NCBI GenBank assembly: GCA_964431835.1
Contig: CAYSKO010000010.1
Location: 267 to 64,266, forward strand
Reading direction: 5' to 3'
Length of the DNA stretch: 64,000 nucleotides
DNA from: an uncultured Planctomycetia bacterium
GTDB lineage: Bacteria; Omnitrophota; Gorgyraeia; 2-02-FULL-51-18
In this document: positions 1 to 14,249 of the stretch, piece by piece
Numbering within the stretch: position 1 is the first letter of the stretch
How the letters are laid out: each line of letters begins with the position of its first letter
The notes under the pieces: model-generated
Told to the model about the DNA's origin: nothing
The model's input: only the letters and a program-made list of their open reading frames with translations
Databases searched by the model: none
Position numbers and translations under genes: made by a program

Positions 1-69
1 CGCAAGCTGCTCGACGCCGGCGAGAATGGAGCGGCGGGCTTCATCGCTGAATTGAAGTTGTTTAGCCAT
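1..69 (-). CDS. groEL: Chaperonin GroEL, N-terminal fragment; the gene continues beyond the window start
   Basis: Reverse translation from the ATG at 69..67 reads MAKQLQFSDEARRSILAGVEQLA, a typical GroEL N-terminus. An AAGAGGA RBS lies upstream. It sits directly downstream of groES. Confidence 0.6.
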   Translation of the reverse strand, partial: MAKQLQFSDEARRSILAGVEQLA

Positions 70-99
70 TTTCTTGTCGTGTCCTCTTTTTATTTTTGC

Positions 100-396
100 T
101 TAGCGAATGATCGCGAGAATGTCGTCTTCTTTGACGATCAGGTAGTCGTTCGCGCCGACCTTGACCTCGGTGCCGGCGTAACGGCCGAAAAGCACGAGAT
201 CGTTGGCCTTCACTTCGAGCGGCGTGATCTTGCCGTCCTCGGTGACACGGCCCTTACCGACCGCGATGACCTTGCCGCGCTGCTGCTTTTCCTTGGCGGA
301 GTCGGGAATGACGATCCCGCCGGCCGTCTTTTCTTCGGCCTCGAGAGGCTCGACGAGTACCCGGTCGGCCAGCGGTTGAACCTTTTGCTTCTCCAT
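100..396 (-). CDS. groES: Co-chaperonin GroES (10 kDa chaperonin)
   Basis: 98-aa [50 protein letters not shown]..., the canonical GroES fold sequence. An AAGGAGG RBS sits 6-8 nt upstream of the ATG. Confidence 0.95.
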   Translation of the reverse strand: MEKQKVQPLADRVLVEPLEAEEKTAGGIVIPDSAKEKQQRGKVIAVGKGRVTEDGKITPLEVKANDLVLFGRYAGTEVKVGANDYLIVKEDDILAIIR

Positions 397-462
397 TTGA
401 AACGTCCTCCTTATGATTCGGTGCAGGGGGCCGGAAAGCCCCGAAAATTGGCTGTTCAGTCG

Positions 463-489
463 TTAGCACTCAGAATAAAGGAGTGCTAA
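463..489. promoter_or_regulatory. CIRCE inverted repeat (HrcA operator) upstream of groES
   Basis: Perfect match to the CIRCE consensus: TTAGCACTC-N9-GAGTGCTAA (ttagcactc agaataaag gagtgctaa). It lies between the groES promoter and its RBS. Confidence 0.85.
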
Positions 490-497
490 CAACGCTG

Positions 498-525
498 ATT
501 CTACGTCATGGAACTTATTTGTCAA
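498..525 (-). promoter_or_regulatory. Sigma70-type promoter of groES-groEL (TTGACA-N16-TAGAAT)
   Basis: On the minus strand, TTGACA (520-525) is followed by a 16-nt spacer and TAGAAT (498-503). It sits immediately upstream of CIRCE. Confidence 0.6.
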
Positions 526-536
526 GCCGAAAAAAA

Positions 537-1299
537 TTAGACCGCGCCCGGAGAGGGCTTAAAAGAGGCGTACGTGAGGAGGATACCCCGAACGGTGAGG
601 TCGGGGTCGATATGATCCACCCTGCGGCAATAACGGGCCATGAAAGCGGCGTTGCCCCCTGTGAAAACCACCGTCGGACGAGTCTTTTGAGTCCGGCTGA
701 TCTCCTCGACCAAGCGGTCGCAGAGGCCTCCCAGACCGTAAGTACAACCCGATTGGATACTCTCGACGGTGTCTTTTCCCACGACCCCGGAAGGATCGGC
801 GAGTTTGATCTTAGGAAGAAGGGCCGTCCTCTCGAAGAGCGAGTCGAGTGTGATTTCGATACCGGGGGCGATCACGCCGCCCAGATACTCCCCTTTGGAT
901 GAGACGACGTCGAACGTGATCGCCGTGCCGAAATCCACGACGATGCAGGCGCGTTCATGCTCCTCCCAGGCCGCCGCGGCGTTCAGGAGGCGGTCGGTGC
1001 CCACTTGCCGGGGATCGCGGTACCGGTTCGGGACGGGCACATCGAGATCGGTCCCGATGAGGAGCGCGCGCGTTTTCGCGCGCAAGAGAGCGGTTTTAAG
1101 TTTCTTTCCCGCCTCGGGAACGACGCTTCCGATCACGACGGCTTCCGCCCGCTCGCTCTTAGCGAGCGCGGCGACGGCCCGCGCGGCCTTCGTCTTCACC
1201 TCCGAGGTCGCGAAGCGCAGGCGTTTCAAGATACGGCCTTCCGCGAAAAGCGCCACGTACACACTCGTGTTACCGATGTCGACCGCGAGCATTCTCATG
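537..1299 (-). CDS. coaX: Type III pantothenate kinase
   Basis: Translation from the internal ATG reads [18 protein letters not shown]...GGNAAFMARY, which fits type III CoaX. The long N-terminal extension in the ORF track is a high-GC read-through. It overlaps the birA stop by 4 bp. Confidence 0.85.
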
Positions 1300-2278
1300 G
1301 GTTCCGGCCTCCGGTTTTGGGTTTGACTGCCTCGACGTCGCCTGCCATCACGCGTTCCTGAAGCCCGTCGTCGCGGCGTATCCAAAGTGCGCCGTCGGCG
1401 TCGATGCCCGTCGCTTGCCCTTCCACACGCCGGCCGAGCACGGTCGCCGTCACCCGGCGGCCCGAGGTCACCGAATGAGACTCCCAGTCGCGTGCGATTT
1501 CCTCGAACTTGCCGTCGCGCAGGCGCAGGTACTCGACCTCGAGCTCGGAAAGAAGGTCCCGCGCGAAATCCACGCGCGACACCGCGTGCCCCGCTGCTTC
1601 TTTTAGGGATACCGCCCCAGGCGGAAGCTCCGAGGCCCCGGAATTCACGTTCACGCCGATGCCTAGGACCACAAATTTCACGCGGTCCTGTTCGGCGCTC
1701 ATCTCGGTGAGAATCCCGCATAGTTTCCGGCCGTCTAGAAGCACGTCGTTCGGCCACTTGATGCCGGGGGTTTTCCCCGTGTGTTTCGCCGCTGCGCGCA
1801 CCACTGCAAGCGCCGCGGCGAGCGTGATGCGGGAAGCCTCGGCCGGAGGCAGCGCCGGCCGCAGCAGCACGGAAAAGAGAACGTTTTTCCCTTTAGGAGA
1901 CGCCCAGGCTCGCCCCAGGCGCCCGCGTCCCTTCCGCTGGTGCTCGGTGAACACGCAGACGCCTTCTTTCAGTCCTTGCTCGCCGAGCTTGAACGCGACG
2001 TCGTTGGTTGAGTCCGTTTCGTCGAACGAGAGGATCTCGCGTCCGACGATTTTATTTGTCAGGCCGTGCGCGATTTCGTCGGCGAACAATTTGTCCGGCA
2101 CCGACGAGAGCCTGTATCCCCGTCCCGGCAACGCCGAGATTTTGTATCCGATTTCCCTTAAATTTTCTATTTCCTTCCAGACCGCCGCGCGCGTGACTTT
2201 CAGTTTGGACGAAATTTCTTCGCCGGAGATCGGCTCCTTTTGGTTTCGCAGTAAAGCTAGAATCGGATCCTGTTTCAA
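1295..2278 (-). CDS. birA: Bifunctional biotin--[acetyl-CoA-carboxylase] ligase / biotin operon repressor BirA
   Basis: 327 aa with an N-terminal HTH ([29 protein letters not shown]) and a biotin ligase core ([14 protein letters not shown]..., KWPNDV). Confidence 0.9.
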   Translation of the reverse strand: MKQDPILALLRNQKEPISGEEISSKLKVTRAAVWKEIENLREIGYKISALPGRGYRLSSVPDKLFADEIAHGLTNKIVGREILSFDETDSTNDVAFKLGEQGLKEGVCVFTEHQRKGRGRLGRAWASPKGKNVLFSVLLRPALPPAEASRITLAAALAVVRAAAKHTGKTPGIKWPNDVLLDGRKLCGILTEMSAEQDRVKFVVLGIGVNVNSGASELPPGAVSLKEAAGHAVSRVDFARDLLSELEVEYLRLRDGKFEEIARDWESHSVTSGRRVTATVLGRRVEGQATGIDADGALWIRRDDGLQERVMAGDVEAVKPKTGGRNP

Positions 2279-4281
2279 CGGGCTGCTCTTTCTTTACGCT
2301 CTCTCTGCGGTTTCTCTTTTTCCATCTTCGCCTGCAGAATTTTGATCTGGTCTCTTAATTTTATGGCCTTCTCGAACTGAAGGAGCCGCGCCGCGTCTTC
2401 CATTTCGCGCTCGAGCTGGGCAAGCGCCTCATGCTCGTCGGCGGTTCCCTCGGTGATGCCCGCGGCCTCGTTCACGACGTCGCGCGCCTTGCGGATAGAC
2501 TCGATCCCCTCGCGGATCTCCTTCTTGATCGTGGTCGGCGTGATGCCGTGCTTCTTGTTGTACTCGACCTGCATCTTCCGGCGTCGGTTGGTCTCGCTGA
2601 TGGTGTTCTTCATCGAATCGGTGACGTTGTCGGCGTAGAAGATGACGTACCCGTTCGAATGACGCGCGGCGCGGCCGGAGACCTGGATGAGCGACGTCTG
2701 GCTACGCAGGAATCCTTCCTTGTCCGCGTCGAGCACGATAACGAGCGAAACCTCCGGAAGGTCGATGCCCTCGCGCAGAAGGTTGATCCCGACGAGGCAG
2801 TCGAATTTCTTCAGGCGCAGGTCACGGAGGATTTCCACGCGCTGGATCGCGTCGATCTCGGAATGGATGTAGGTGACCTTCACGCCCGCGTTCTCGAGGA
2901 ACTTCGAGAGGTCCTCGGCCATGCGCTTGGTAAGCGTAGTCACGATGGTGCGCTCCCCGACCTCGGTGCGTTTCTGGATCTCGGCGAGAAGATCGTCGAT
3001 CTGTCCCTTGGTCGGGCGAATATCGATCGGAGGATCCGTGAGGCCGGTCGGGCGGATCACCTGCTCGACGATCTTGGTGGAGTTCCTGATTTCGTATTCG
3101 GCGGGCGTCGCCGAGACAAAGAGCGTTTGACCGGTCACGATCTCGAACTCCTCGAAACGCAAGGGGCGGTTGTCGAGCGCCGACGGCAGGCGGAAACCGA
3201 AATCCACGAGCGTCTCCTTGCGCGCGCGGTCTCCGAAGTACATGCCCTTGATCTGCGGGATCGAGATGTGGGACTCGTCGATGACGAGCAGGTAGTCTTT
3301 CGGGAAGTAGTCGATCAGGCAAAACGGCCGCGAACCGGCGGGACGGCCCGTGATGATGCGCGAATAGTTCTCGATGCCGGAGCAGAAACCGAGCTCCTTC
3401 ATCATTTCGATGTCGTAGCGGGTGCGCTGCTCGATCCGCTGGGCCTCGACGAGCTTGTCCTGGGAATTCAGCGCCTTGATCCGCGCGTCCAGTTCTTCCC
3501 CGATCTCGACGCAAGCCTTCTCGAGGCGCGGCGCGGTCGTGACGAAATGTTTGGCCGGATAGACGGCGATGGAGTCCAGTTCGTGGAGGACTTTGCCGGT
3601 CAGCGGATCGATGCGGGAGATTTTCTCGATCTCGTCCCAGGCCGATTCCACACGGATCGCGGTCTCTTCATAGGCAAGGAACACCTCGATCGTGTCGCCG
3701 CGCACGCGGAACGTGCCGCGTTTGAAATCGACGTCGTTTCGCGTGTACTGGATGTCCACGAGCGCCTTCAGAATCTTGTCGCGCGGCGTCTTGTCTTTGA
3801 GTTTCAGGAAAACGAGGAGTTCCGCGTACTCGGCCGGCGAACCCAAGCCATAGATCGCCGAAACGGAAGAGACCACGATCGTGTCGCGCCTGGAAAGGAG
3901 CGACGAGGTTGCGCGCAGGCGCAGGCGGTCGATGTCCTCGTTGATTGAGGAATCTTTCTCGATGTAGGTATCGGTCTGGGGAATGTACGCTTCGGGCTGG
4001 TAGTAATCGTAGTACGAGACGAAATACTCGACGGCGTTCTCGGGGAAAATTTCTTTGAACTCGCTATAGAGCTGCGCGGCTAGGGTCTTGTTGTGGGAGA
4101 GGACGAGTGTGGGCCGCTGGACCTTTTCGATCACGTTCGCCACCGTGAACGTCTTGCCGCTTCCCGTGACGCCGAGAAGCGTCTGGTAGCGCTCGCCCTT
4201 CAAGAGCCCTTGCGTGAGCTTCTCGATGGCTTGGGGCTGATCCCCCTTCGGGGTCATCTCGGAGATGATTTTGAAATTCAT
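2275..4281 (-). CDS. uvrB: Excinuclease ABC subunit B
   Basis: 668 aa. Walker A GVTGSGKT is present, with UvrB-characteristic blocks and a C-terminal UVR coiled-coil region. Confidence 0.95.
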   Translation of the reverse strand: MNFKIISEMTPKGDQPQAIEKLTQGLLKGERYQTLLGVTGSGKTFTVANVIEKVQRPTLVLSHNKTLAAQLYSEFKEIFPENAVEYFVSYYDYYQPEAYIPQTDTYIEKDSSINEDIDRLRLRATSSLLSRRDTIVVSSVSAIYGLGSPAEYAELLVFLKLKDKTPRDKILKALVDIQYTRNDVDFKRGTFRVRGDTIEVFLAYEETAIRVESAWDEIEKISRIDPLTGKVLHELDSIAVYPAKHFVTTAPRLEKACVEIGEELDARIKALNSQDKLVEAQRIEQRTRYDIEMMKELGFCSGIENYSRIITGRPAGSRPFCLIDYFPKDYLLVIDESHISIPQIKGMYFGDRARKETLVDFGFRLPSALDNRPLRFEEFEIVTGQTLFVSATPAEYEIRNSTKIVEQVIRPTGLTDPPIDIRPTKGQIDDLLAEIQKRTEVGERTIVTTLTKRMAEDLSKFLENAGVKVTYIHSEIDAIQRVEILRDLRLKKFDCLVGINLLREGIDLPEVSLVIVLDADKEGFLRSQTSLIQVSGRAARHSNGYVIFYADNVTDSMKNTISETNRRRKMQVEYNKKHGITPTTIKKEIREGIESIRKARDVVNEAAGITEGTADEHEALAQLEREMEDAARLLQFEKAIKLRDQIKILQAKMEKEKPQRERKERAAR

Positions 4282-4310
4282 ACGACCATTATAACCCTTA
4301 AAACGGGTTA

Positions 4311-5162
4311 TTAAGCGACGATATCGAGGGAGACGTCGAGCTGTTTCGCGCTGTGGGTGATCGCGCCGATGGAAATGCGTTCGATACCGGTCTCGGCGTA
4401 TGCGCGGACGTTGTCGAGATTCACGCCGCCGGAGACTTCGAGCTCCATCGCGGGAGCAATCTCACGGCGCATCGCGACGCACTCGCGGATCTTCTCGACG
4501 GACATGTTGTCGAGCAGGATATAGTCGGCGCGGCTTTTCAGGGCCTCCTTCAGCTCGGCTAGGTTCTTCACTTCGACGCCGATGACGGTATTCTTGAGGA
4601 CTTTGTTTTTGGCCCGTTCGACGATCTCGACCAGGGGCTCATTTCTCAAGATGCGGAGATGGTTATCCTTGATGAGAACCTGGTCATACAGGCCGAACCG
4701 GTGGTTCGCCCCTCCGCCCATGAGAACGGCGTACTTCTCAAGGACGCGCAGGTTCGGCATCGTCTTCCGCGTGTCGAGGATTTTCACCTTCGTCCCGTGG
4801 ACCTTGTCCACGAACTGGCGCGTCAGCGTGGAGATACCGGAAAGGCGGCCGAGGAAATTGAGTGCGGTACGCTCCGCGACGAGGATCGAGATGGCGGGGC
4901 CTTCGATGTATGCGGCCTCGCGACCCTTCTCGACCTTCTCCCCGTCCTTCACGGTCGGCAAAAAACGGATCGTGTCGTCGACGATGCGGAACACGCGCTC
5001 GACGAGGCCGATCCCGCAGGCGACGCCGTCTTCTTTAAATTCGATGTCGGCTTTGAGATGAAGGTTCGGCGGGATGACGGCGCTCGAAGTGATGTCCTTC
5101 ACGCCCACATCTTCCTTCAGAGCGAGGCGGACGATCAGGTCGATGATGTTGGTGCGGATCAT
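4311..5162 (-). CDS. nadC: Nicotinate-nucleotide pyrophosphorylase (quinolinate phosphoribosyltransferase)
   Basis: 283 aa with a NadC/QPRTase signature (…[20 protein letters not shown]…KILDTRKT…LIKDNH…). Confidence 0.9.
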   Translation of the reverse strand: MIRTNIIDLIVRLALKEDVGVKDITSSAVIPPNLHLKADIEFKEDGVACGIGLVERVFRIVDDTIRFLPTVKDGEKVEKGREAAYIEGPAISILVAERTALNFLGRLSGISTLTRQFVDKVHGTKVKILDTRKTMPNLRVLEKYAVLMGGGANHRFGLYDQVLIKDNHLRILRNEPLVEIVERAKNKVLKNTVIGVEVKNLAELKEALKSRADYILLDNMSVEKIRECVAMRREIAPAMELEVSGGVNLDNVRAYAETGIERISIGAITHSAKQLDVSLDIVA

Positions 5163-5181
5163 TTCGGCGCTTTCCGGCTTC

Positions 5182-7932
5182 TTAGGCCAGGGTGCGGAGG
5201 TTCTCTTCGAGACGGACTTTGCGGTTTTGCAGCTCCTCGAGACGCTTCTTTTCCTTCTCGACGATTTCCTTGGGAGCTTTTTTGACGAATTCCTCGTTCC
5301 CGAGGCGCCCTTCGAGGCCGCGGATCATCTTCTCGACCTCGCCTTGCGCGGCTTCGATGCGCGCACGCTCGACGGCGACGTCGATGAGCCCGGCCAGGAC
5401 GACGTACGTCTCCACGCGGCCCACGTTCGCAACCGCGGATTCCTTCGGCCGCTCGATGTTCTTGCCGATTTGGAGCGATGAGACGCGCGCCATTCGGACG
5501 ATATGGTCCGAATTCTCGCGAAGCACCTTCATCTCGCGGTCGCGCGAGGTCTTTACGTGAACGGTCACCGTTTCTTTCGGATTGATCTGCCAGGCCGAGC
5601 GGACGTTGCGGATCGCCTGGATCTCGCCGATCACGAGATCGATCTCCGCCTCGAGCTTCTTGTCGATGCGCGCTTTCTCGGCTTTAGGCCACGGCGCGAT
5701 CATGATCGACTCGCCTTCGTGCGGAATCTTCTGCCAGATCTCCTCCGTGATGAACGGCATGACCGGGTGCAGAAGCTTGAGCGTGCGGTCGAGCGTGTAG
5801 GCGAGGGTCCACTGCGTGCCCTTCGTCTTGATGTTGGGCTTGGAAAGCTCGAGATACCAGTCGCAGTACTGGTGCCAGAAAAAGTCGTACAGGGTCTGTA
5901 TCGCCTCGTTGAAACGCATCTTCTCGAGACTCTCGGTGACGTCGATCACGGTCTGGTTCATGCGCGAGAGGATCCAGCGGTCCGCCGTCGAGAGCTCCGA
6001 AGGCTTGGGGGCCTTCTTCGCCATTTTGGGGTCGATGTTCATGAGGACGAACCGCGACGCGTTCCAAATCTTGTTCGCGAAATTGCGTCCGACCTCGAAC
6101 TTCTCCTTCGAGGCGTACACGTCCTGGCCTTCGGCGGTGATGGAAATGAGCGCGTAACGAAGCGCGTCGGCGCCGAACTCGTCGATCACGTCGAGAGGAT
6201 CGACCGCGTTGCCGAGCGACTTCGACATCTTCGCGCCCGTCTCGTCGCGGACAATGCCGTGGATGTAGATCCGCTTGAACGGCTCTTTCCCCATGAATTC
6301 AATTCCCGCCATCATCATGCGCGCGACCCAGAAGAAGATAATTTCGTAACCAGTGACGAGCGACGAAGTGGGGTAAAAATACTTGAGGTCCGGGTTCTTG
6401 TCCGGCCAGCCGAGCGTCGAGAACGGCCAGAGCCACGAGGAGAACCAGGTGTCGAGCACGTCCTCGTCCTGCACGATCGCCGTACCCCCACAGTCCGGAC
6501 ATTTCTTCGGCGTTTCGCGCGCCACCATCATGCCCGGCTCTTTATAGACAGCGCCGGCTGTGAATTTAGACTGGGTTCCCGCCGCCTTCGCCTTCTCGCG
6601 GCAAGGCGTGCAGTACCAGACCGGGATCCGGTGGCCCCACCAAATCTGACGGGACACGCACCAGTCCTTGATGTTTTCCATCCACTCGAGATAGACCTTC
6701 GTCCATCGTTTCGGGACGAATTCGGTACGACCTTCCCTCACGGCGGCGATCGCGGGCTTCGCGAGCGGCTTCATATGGACGAACCACTGAAGCGAAAGGT
6801 ACGGCTCAACGACCGTCGAGCACCGGTAACAGTGACCGACGGCGTGCACATGATCTTTCACCTCAACGAGGAGGCGCCGCTCTTCGAGCTCGGCGACGAG
6901 CTTCTTGCGCGCCTCGAAACGGTCGAGGCCCTTATAGGGACCAGCCGCGTCGTTTAGCGTGCCGTCGGGATTCATTACGTTCAGGAATTCGAGGCCGTGC
7001 TTCTGCGCGAGCTGATAATCGACGGGATCGTGCGCGGGCGTGATCTTGAGCGCGCCCGTGCCGAACTTCGGGTCGATGTCGGCGTCCTGGATGATCTTGA
7101 GCCGCCGGTTCAGGATCGGGAGGATCGCGGTCTTCCCTTTCAGATGCTGGTAGCGCTCGTCTGTGGGATTGAAGCCGATTGCCGTGTCGCCGAGGAGCGT
7201 TTCGGGACGTGTCGTCGCGATCGTCACGTGCTCGTCGGTTCCGTCGATCCGGTATTTGATGTGGTAGAGGTGGCCCGTGATGTCCTTGTGCTGCGCCTCT
7301 TCGTCCGAGAGCGCGGTCTGGCAGCGCGGGCACCAGTTGATGATGCGCGTGCCGCGGTAGATGAGACCCTTTTCGTACAAGCGCACGAACACCTCGCGCA
7401 CGGACTTCGAGAGACCCTCGTCCATCGTGAAGCGCGTACGGCTCCAGTCGCAGGAATTCCCGAGCCGGTGCATCTGGCGGATGATCGTGTTGCCGTATTT
7501 CTCACGCCACTTCCAGACGCGTTCGACGAACTTTTCACGACCGAGCATGTGGCGGTTGAGCTGCTCTTCGCGGAGGGATCTCTCGACGACGTTCTGCGTC
7601 GCGATACCCGCGTGATCCGTGCCGGGCATCCAGAGGGCTTCGTAGCCCTGCATCCGCTTCGAGCGGACAAGGATGTCCTGGAGCGTGTGGTTGAGGGCGT
7701 GTCCCATATGCAGGATGCCGGTCACGTTCGGCGGCGGGATCACGACCGTATAGGGCTTCTTCTTGGATTTGGGATCCGCGTGGAAATAACCCCTCTTCGT
7801 CCACGTCTGGTACCACGTCTTCTCAACGTGCTTGGGGTCGTACGCCTTCGCGAGCTCTTCCCGGCCGCTCGCGGATTCGGGCGCGGGGTTCGGGTTCGGC
7901 GTCGGGCTGGGGACCGCGTTCGGATCGGTCAT
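5182..7932 (-). CDS. valS: Valine--tRNA ligase
   Basis: 916 aa class-I aminoacyl-tRNA synthetase. HIGH-type motif [15 protein letters not shown] and KMSKS (AKMSKSLGN) are present, with a C-terminal coiled coil typical of ValS. Confidence 0.95.
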   Translation of the reverse strand: MTDPNAVPSPTPNPNPAPESASGREELAKAYDPKHVEKTWYQTWTKRGYFHADPKSKKKPYTVVIPPPNVTGILHMGHALNHTLQDILVRSKRMQGYEALWMPGTDHAGIATQNVVERSLREEQLNRHMLGREKFVERVWKWREKYGNTIIRQMHRLGNSCDWSRTRFTMDEGLSKSVREVFVRLYEKGLIYRGTRIINWCPRCQTALSDEEAQHKDITGHLYHIKYRIDGTDEHVTIATTRPETLLGDTAIGFNPTDERYQHLKGKTAILPILNRRLKIIQDADIDPKFGTGALKITPAHDPVDYQLAQKHGLEFLNVMNPDGTLNDAAGPYKGLDRFEARKKLVAELEERRLLVEVKDHVHAVGHCYRCSTVVEPYLSLQWFVHMKPLAKPAIAAVREGRTEFVPKRWTKVYLEWMENIKDWCVSRQIWWGHRIPVWYCTPCREKAKAAGTQSKFTAGAVYKEPGMMVARETPKKCPDCGGTAIVQDEDVLDTWFSSWLWPFSTLGWPDKNPDLKYFYPTSSLVTGYEIIFFWVARMMMAGIEFMGKEPFKRIYIHGIVRDETGAKMSKSLGNAVDPLDVIDEFGADALRYALISITAEGQDVYASKEKFEVGRNFANKIWNASRFVLMNIDPKMAKKAPKPSELSTADRWILSRMNQTVIDVTESLEKMRFNEAIQTLYDFFWHQYCDWYLELSKPNIKTKGTQWTLAYTLDRTLKLLHPVMPFITEEIWQKIPHEGESIMIAPWPKAEKARIDKKLEAEIDLVIGEIQAIRNVRSAWQINPKETVTVHVKTSRDREMKVLRENSDHIVRMARVSSLQIGKNIERPKESAVANVGRVETYVVLAGLIDVAVERARIEAAQGEVEKMIRGLEGRLGNEEFVKKAPKEIVEKEKKRLEELQNRKVRLEENLRTLA

Positions 7933-9480
7933 CGGAGAGCCAGTTTGTAGCGGTACGCGTCGATAAGTGCCTTCCAGCTCGCCTCGATGATGTTCGTGGA
8001 AACACCGACGGTCGCCCAGACGCGGTCCTTGTCGTGGAATTCGATGACGACGCGAACCTTCGCGGCCGTGCCTTCGTGGGAGTTCACGATGCGGACCTTA
8101 TAATCGTCGAGCTCGACCTCGCTCACGCCTGGATAGAATTCGGAGAGAGCCTCTTGAAGCGCCTTGCCGAGGGCGTCGACCGGACCGTCGCCGGTTTTCG
8201 TGACGTCCTTTTTCTTCCCTTCGACGTCCACGTGGACGACGGCGGTCACGTTCGGGTTCTCCTCGCCGATCCGCTCGCTCTTGATCTCGGCGGTGGCGCG
8301 GAAGAAATCGCGGCGCTGGCCGATCTCCTGGCGGATGAGGAGCTCGACGGTCGCTTCTGCGCCCTCGAACTGGTACCCCTCGTTCTCGAGACGCTGCACT
8401 TCGTAGAGGATCTTCTTCGTCTCGGGCGCATCCTTCTTGAGCTCGATCCCGAGCTCCTGAGCCTTCAGCATGATGTTCGTACGGCCCCCGACTTCGGAAA
8501 CGAGATGCTTCCTGTGGTTGCCGACGACTTCGGGGTTCACATGCTCGTACGTTTCAGGGTTCTTCTTCACGGCATCGATATGCACGCCGCCTTTGTGAGC
8601 GAACGCGCTCTGGCCGACGTAGGGCTGGCCCTTCGCGGGCACCATGTTGCAGACTTCGTTCACGTAAAGCGACAGCTTGGTGAAATCTTTAAGCTTTTCG
8701 GCGGGCAGGCAGTCGAGTCCGAGCTTGAGCTGGAGATCGGCGATGACGGGGATGAGGTCGCAGTTACCGCAGCGCTCGCCGATGCCATTGACCGTGCCTT
8801 GCACCTGGATCGCGCCGGATTCGACCGCCGCGATCGCGTTCGCCGCCGCACAGGCGGAATCGTTGTGGGTGTGGATGCCCAGAGGATGTTTCACGCGGAC
8901 GGCCACTTCCGCTACCACCTTCGCGATACGGGACGGGATTCCGCCGCCGTTCGTGTCGCAGAGGACGAGCGTTTCGGCTCCAGCGTCCCGCGCGGCCTCG
9001 AGCGTATGAAGCGCGTACTCGGGGTTCGCCGCGTAGCCGTCGAAGAAGTGCTCGGCGTCGTAGATCACGGTCTTCCCTTTCGAGCGCAGGTATTTCACGG
9101 ACTCGGAGATCATGCGCAGGTTCTCTTCGAGCGGCACCTTGAAGACCTCGCGCACATGGAGATCCCAGCTCTTTCCGAAGATCGTGATGACGGATGTTCC
9201 GGCCGCGACGAGGCCGTTCAAAACCGCGTCGTCCTCGGCTTTGCCGTTCGGTTTCATCGTGGATCCGAACGCGGCCAGGCGGGCGTGCTTCAGCTTCTCG
9301 CCCTTCATCTTCTCGAAGAACTCGACGTCCTTGGGCGTGGCTCCGGGCCAGCCGCCTTCGATGAAGTCGAAACCCATCTCGTCCAGGCGGCGCGCGATGA
9401 GGAGCTTATCCTGGACGGAGAAGGAGATTCCCTCGCCTTGGGAGCCGTCGCGGAGCGTCGTATCGTAGACTTGGATCTTT

Positions 9481-9491
<11 letters not shown>
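7929..9491 (-). CDS. 2-isopropylmalate synthase / (R)-citramalate synthase family enzyme (CimA-like)
   Basis: 520 aa starting [21 protein letters not shown] (DRE-TIM aldolase fold), with a LeuA-dimer-type C-terminal domain. It resembles the short CimA/LeuA-2 class. Confidence 0.8.
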
Positions 9492-10712
<1,221 letters not shown>

Positions 10713-10716
<4 letters not shown>

Positions 10717-11849
10717 TTCGAGAAAAACCTCGTGATGAGCTTATGTCCTTCCACAAACGACTTGCCCTGAGCGGCCGTCTTCTCTCCGAAATACGCGGCG
10801 TTCGACGCCTCGAAGCCGGGCCCGAAAAAGACGTAAGGCACCGCCCCGTGGAGCACGGCGCCCTTCTCCAGCGATTCGGGCGCGTCGGTGGTCACACACA
10901 CACGAGCGCCTTCGGATTCCGCTATTTTAAGCGCCGGACCGAGGATTGCGTGGTCGAAGTCCTCGATCGCGCGGACTTTGGTCTTGAGATCGAACGTCCG
11001 CGGTTCGGCGGCCGGGACATACGCGAAGACGAAATCGTGCTTCGCGATCGCGCGTTCCAAATCCTTTTCCGTCTCGAGGCCGGAAATCTTTCCGAGTCCT
11101 TTCACGAAATCTGCGTCGGACACGACCGCGCCCGAGAGGCCGTGACGAGCCTTGAATCCGGGCAGCTTCGGATGACGGCCCTGCCCCCAAGGCCAGATCA
11201 TGTTCGCCGGGTTTTCGCCGAGATCCACTCGTACGCGGTTGATTTCGTGCGCGTCCAGGATCGCGCGGGCCTTTTCGACGAGCTCCAGGAGAAGCGCCTG
11301 CGCCTTGCCCTTCGGCAGGTGCTTGGCAAATTTGGACCCGGCGACCGCGTAAGGCGGCGTGCAATCGAGTTCGTCCAGATTCTCGGCGAGCTCGGCGTCG
11401 GAGACGATCAAAAGGTTCTTGTAGCCGTGCCCGGAGTGAAAACGCAGGCGTGGAGTCGAAAGCTTCGCGTCGAGTTCGGCAACGAGAAGCTTCGCCTCCT
11501 TCTGCGAGATGCGTCCGGCCATGCGGTCGACAAGCGTGTCGTCGAGCGTCGTGACCAGATCGCACCGGAAAATGATTTCGAGATCCTTCTGGGCGACTCC
11601 GAGCGCCGCCGCGTCGAGGGGCGCGATGCCGGTGTAGAACTCCGAAGGATCGTAGCCGAGCATCGAAAGACACGTTGCATCCCCGCTCGTAGGGAGGTCG
11701 TGCAGGGTGAACGTCGCCGTGCCGACGGTGCCGGCCTTCGCGAGGCGGTCCATATTCGGCGTCTTCGCGGCTTCGAGCGGCGTGCGCCCGGAAAGCTCCT
11801 CGACCGGCTCGTCGGCAAGGCCCTGCGCGGCCAAGAAGACGTATTTCAT
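10713..11849 (-). CDS. Cofactor-independent phosphoglycerate-mutase-like alkaline-phosphatase-superfamily protein (COG3635/ApgM family); predicted non-orthologous homoserine kinase
   Basis: 378 aa starting [19 protein letters not shown]...[14 protein letters not shown].... It is wedged with 4-bp overlaps between lysC and thrC-hom, and no canonical thrB is present. Confidence 0.6.
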
Positions 11850-12925
11850 ATCTTCATCGCCTTCAGGATAGCGTCGATCCGCGCGGGGATCGCCTTCGGC
11901 ATCTTCACCGACGCGAGGGCGCGGTCCGGGTCCTTCAGGCCGTGCCCGGTCAAGATACAGACGATCCGAGACGATTTTTTCAACTTTCCTCCGAAGTAAC
12001 CCTTTTTCTTCAATTTGAGAAGCCCGGCCACGCTCGCGGCGCTCGCCGGCTCACAAAATACGCCTTCACGGTTCGCCAGAAGCTGATACGCCGCGAGGAT
12101 TTCCTTGTCCGACACCATGTCGATAAGCCCGCGCGATTCGGACGCCGCGTTCTCGGCGAGCTTCCAGCTGGCGGGATTGCCGATTCGTATCGCGGTCGCG
12201 ATCGTCTTGGGCGCCGGAACGATCTTCTTGCGGACGATCGGGGCGGCGCCTTCGGCCTGGAACCCGAGGAGCACTGGCTTCGAAGAGGACTTCCCCTTCG
12301 CGTGGTATTCCGTGTAACCCTTCCAATAAGCCGAGATATTTCCCGCGTTACCGACGGGAATCGAGTGAAAATCGGGCGCGCCGCCGAGCTGATCGCAAAT
12401 TTCGAACGCGCCGGTCTTCTGCCCCTCGAGCCGGTAAGGGTTCACCGAGTTGACGAGCGTCACCGGATATTTCCCGGCGATTTCGCGCACCATGCAAAGC
12501 GCCTGGTCGAAATTGCCGTCGATCGCGAGAACCTGCGCGCCGTGGATCAGCGCCTGCGAGAGTTTACCGAGAGCGATCGCGCCTTTCGGAATGAGCACCA
12601 CGCACTTGATGCCGGCGCGCGCGGAATACGCGGCAGCCGAGGCGGACGTGTTGCCGGTGGACGCGCAGATCACGACCTTCGCGCCGTCCTCTTTCGCCTT
12701 CGAGAGGGCCATCGTCATTCCGCGGTCCTTGAACGAACCCGTGGGATTCAGGCCCTCGTACTTGAGATAAACTTCCGCGCCGAGCTCCGCTGAAAGCGAG
12801 TCGGCACGCACGAGCGGAGTGTTCCCTTCGCAAAGCGTCACGACGGGCGTAGCCGGAGTCACCGGGAGGAATTCCCGGTACCGCTCAATCACGCCCTGCC
12901 ACATGCCCTCGACCGCGGTCCTCAT
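11846..12925 (-). CDS. thrC: Threonine synthase
   Basis: PLP-enzyme motifs [10 protein letters not shown] and [11 protein letters not shown] are present. The true start is the internal ATG ([10 protein letters not shown]...); the 507-aa track ORF is an upstream extension. Confidence 0.9.
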   Translation of the reverse strand: MRTAVEGMWQGVIERYREFLPVTPATPVVTLCEGNTPLVRADSLSAELGAEVYLKYEGLNPTGSFKDRGMTMALSKAKEDGAKVVICASTGNTSASAAAYSARAGIKCVVLIPKGAIALGKLSQALIHGAQVLAIDGNFDQALCMVREIAGKYPVTLVNSVNPYRLEGQKTGAFEICDQLGGAPDFHSIPVGNAGNISAYWKGYTEYHAKGKSSSKPVLLGFQAEGAAPIVRKKIVPAPKTIATAIRIGNPASWKLAENAASESRGLIDMVSDKEILAAYQLLANREGVFCEPASAASVAGLLKLKKKGYFGGKLKKSSRIVCILTGHGLKDPDRALASVKMPKAIPARIDAILKAMKI

Positions 12926-14208
12926 TTCTCCACCCGGAGGACGACCGTTTTCTTCGAAGTTTCCTTCATCGCGTCGATTTCCTTCAAGGCCCGGCGCAGA
13001 TTCCGCTCGCGCGCCTCGTACGTGAGAATGATGACCGGCACCGATTTCGAATCGCGCGATTCCTTCTGGTGTACGGAGAGAATGGAGATGTCGTTTTTGC
13101 CGAGCGTTTGGGCGATTTTGCCGAGCACGCCCGGGCGGTCGAACACCTGGAAACGCAGGTAATAGCGCGAGACGATGTCGCCCACCGGCAAAGCCGGCAT
13201 TTTTACTGCGGCGGATTCCGGCTCCGACGGCGGACCTTCGCGCTTGGCGATGTCCAATATGTCGCTCACGACGGCGCTCGCGGTGGGCATCATTCCCGCG
13301 CCACGCCCGTAGAAAAGAAGATCGCCCGCCTGGTCGCCGTGCACGAAGACGGCGTTGTACACGCCCCACACGTTCGAAAGCGGGTGGCCGAAAGGCAGCA
13401 TTGTCGGGCTCACGCGAAGTTCGAGGCCCTTCTCGGTTTTCTTCCCGATCGCCAGGAGTTTGATGACGTAGCCGAGCTCGTACGCGAACGCGATCTCGTC
13501 GGCGGTGAGATCCCGGATTCCTTCCATCTGGATCGAGCCGAACGGAACGTCCGCGCCGAACGCCAGGCGCGCGAGCACCGCGAGTTTGTGCGCGGAATCG
13601 ACGCCGTCGATGTCGAGACCCGGGTTCGCTTCGGCGTAGCCTTTGTCCTGCGCCTCTTTGAGAGCCGCGCTAAAATCGAGCGACCTCTGCGACATCCCGG
13701 TGAGGATGTAGTTGCAGGTGCCATTCACGATGCCCATGAAGTGCGTGATGGTGTTCGAGACCAGGCCTTCGCGGATCGACTTGATGATCGGGATGCCGCC
13801 GCAGACCGACGCTTCGATGCCGATGCGGCGCTTGGCCTTCGCGGCGGCTTGGAAGATGCCCGCACCGTCTTCGGCGAGGAGTGCCTTATTGGCCGTCACG
13901 ACGTGCTTGCCCTCTTCGAACGCCTGGCGGAGGATCCGGCCCGCGGGCTTGAGGCCCCCGATCAGCTCCACCACGATGTCGATGGAGGGATCCTTCACGA
14001 CCTTTTCGTAATCGGTCGTGAGGAGGCTCTTCGAAACGCGTACGGCGCGCTTCTTGGAAAGCGACTTCACGCAGACGCGGCGCAGCACGAGCTTCACGCC
14101 CGTGCGCTTCTCGATCGACGCCGATTCCTCCTGGAGGATCTTGGCGACACCCGAGCCGACCGTTCCGAGGCCGATAAGGCCGAGATTGACGACTTTCGCG
14201 TTCGACAT
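12922..14208 (-). CDS. hom: Homoserine dehydrogenase
   Basis: Starts [20 protein letters not shown] (NAD-binding), with a C-terminal ACT domain. The track ORF's N-terminal 38 codons run through the tRNA-Pro gene and are not coding. Confidence 0.9.
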   Translation of the reverse strand: MSNAKVVNLGLIGLGTVGSGVAKILQEESASIEKRTGVKLVLRRVCVKSLSKKRAVRVSKSLLTTDYEKVVKDPSIDIVVELIGGLKPAGRILRQAFEEGKHVVTANKALLAEDGAGIFQAAAKAKRRIGIEASVCGGIPIIKSIREGLVSNTITHFMGIVNGTCNYILTGMSQRSLDFSAALKEAQDKGYAEANPGLDIDGVDSAHKLAVLARLAFGADVPFGSIQMEGIRDLTADEIAFAYELGYVIKLLAIGKKTEKGLELRVSPTMLPFGHPLSNVWGVYNAVFVHGDQAGDLLFYGRGAGMMPTASAVVSDILDIAKREGPPSEPESAAVKMPALPVGDIVSRYYLRFQVFDRPGVLGKIAQTLGKNDISILSVHQKESRDSKSVPVIILTYEARERNLRRALKEIDAMKETSKKTVVLRVEK

Positions 14209-14249
14209 TTTTCTTCCCGTGACTCTGGGGTTACTTTCCGACCAAAAAT

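Noticed and set aside
2431-3948. Long plus-strand ORFs antisense to real minus-strand genes. Examples: 2431-3948 opposite uvrB, 5503-6957 and 6997-7950 opposite valS, 8034-9512 opposite cimA, 10743-11999, 13069-14307 opposite hom, 18448-20430 opposite lepA, 27881-29386, 35546-37093 and 36988-38625 opposite hisD/alaS, 50931-52625 opposite ftsK, 53720-55345 opposite pnp, 57687-58637 opposite xerD.
   Set aside because: These are typical high-GC antisense open frames. They are Arg/Gly/Asp-rich with no recognisable domains, while the opposite strand encodes well-conserved proteins at every one of these loci.
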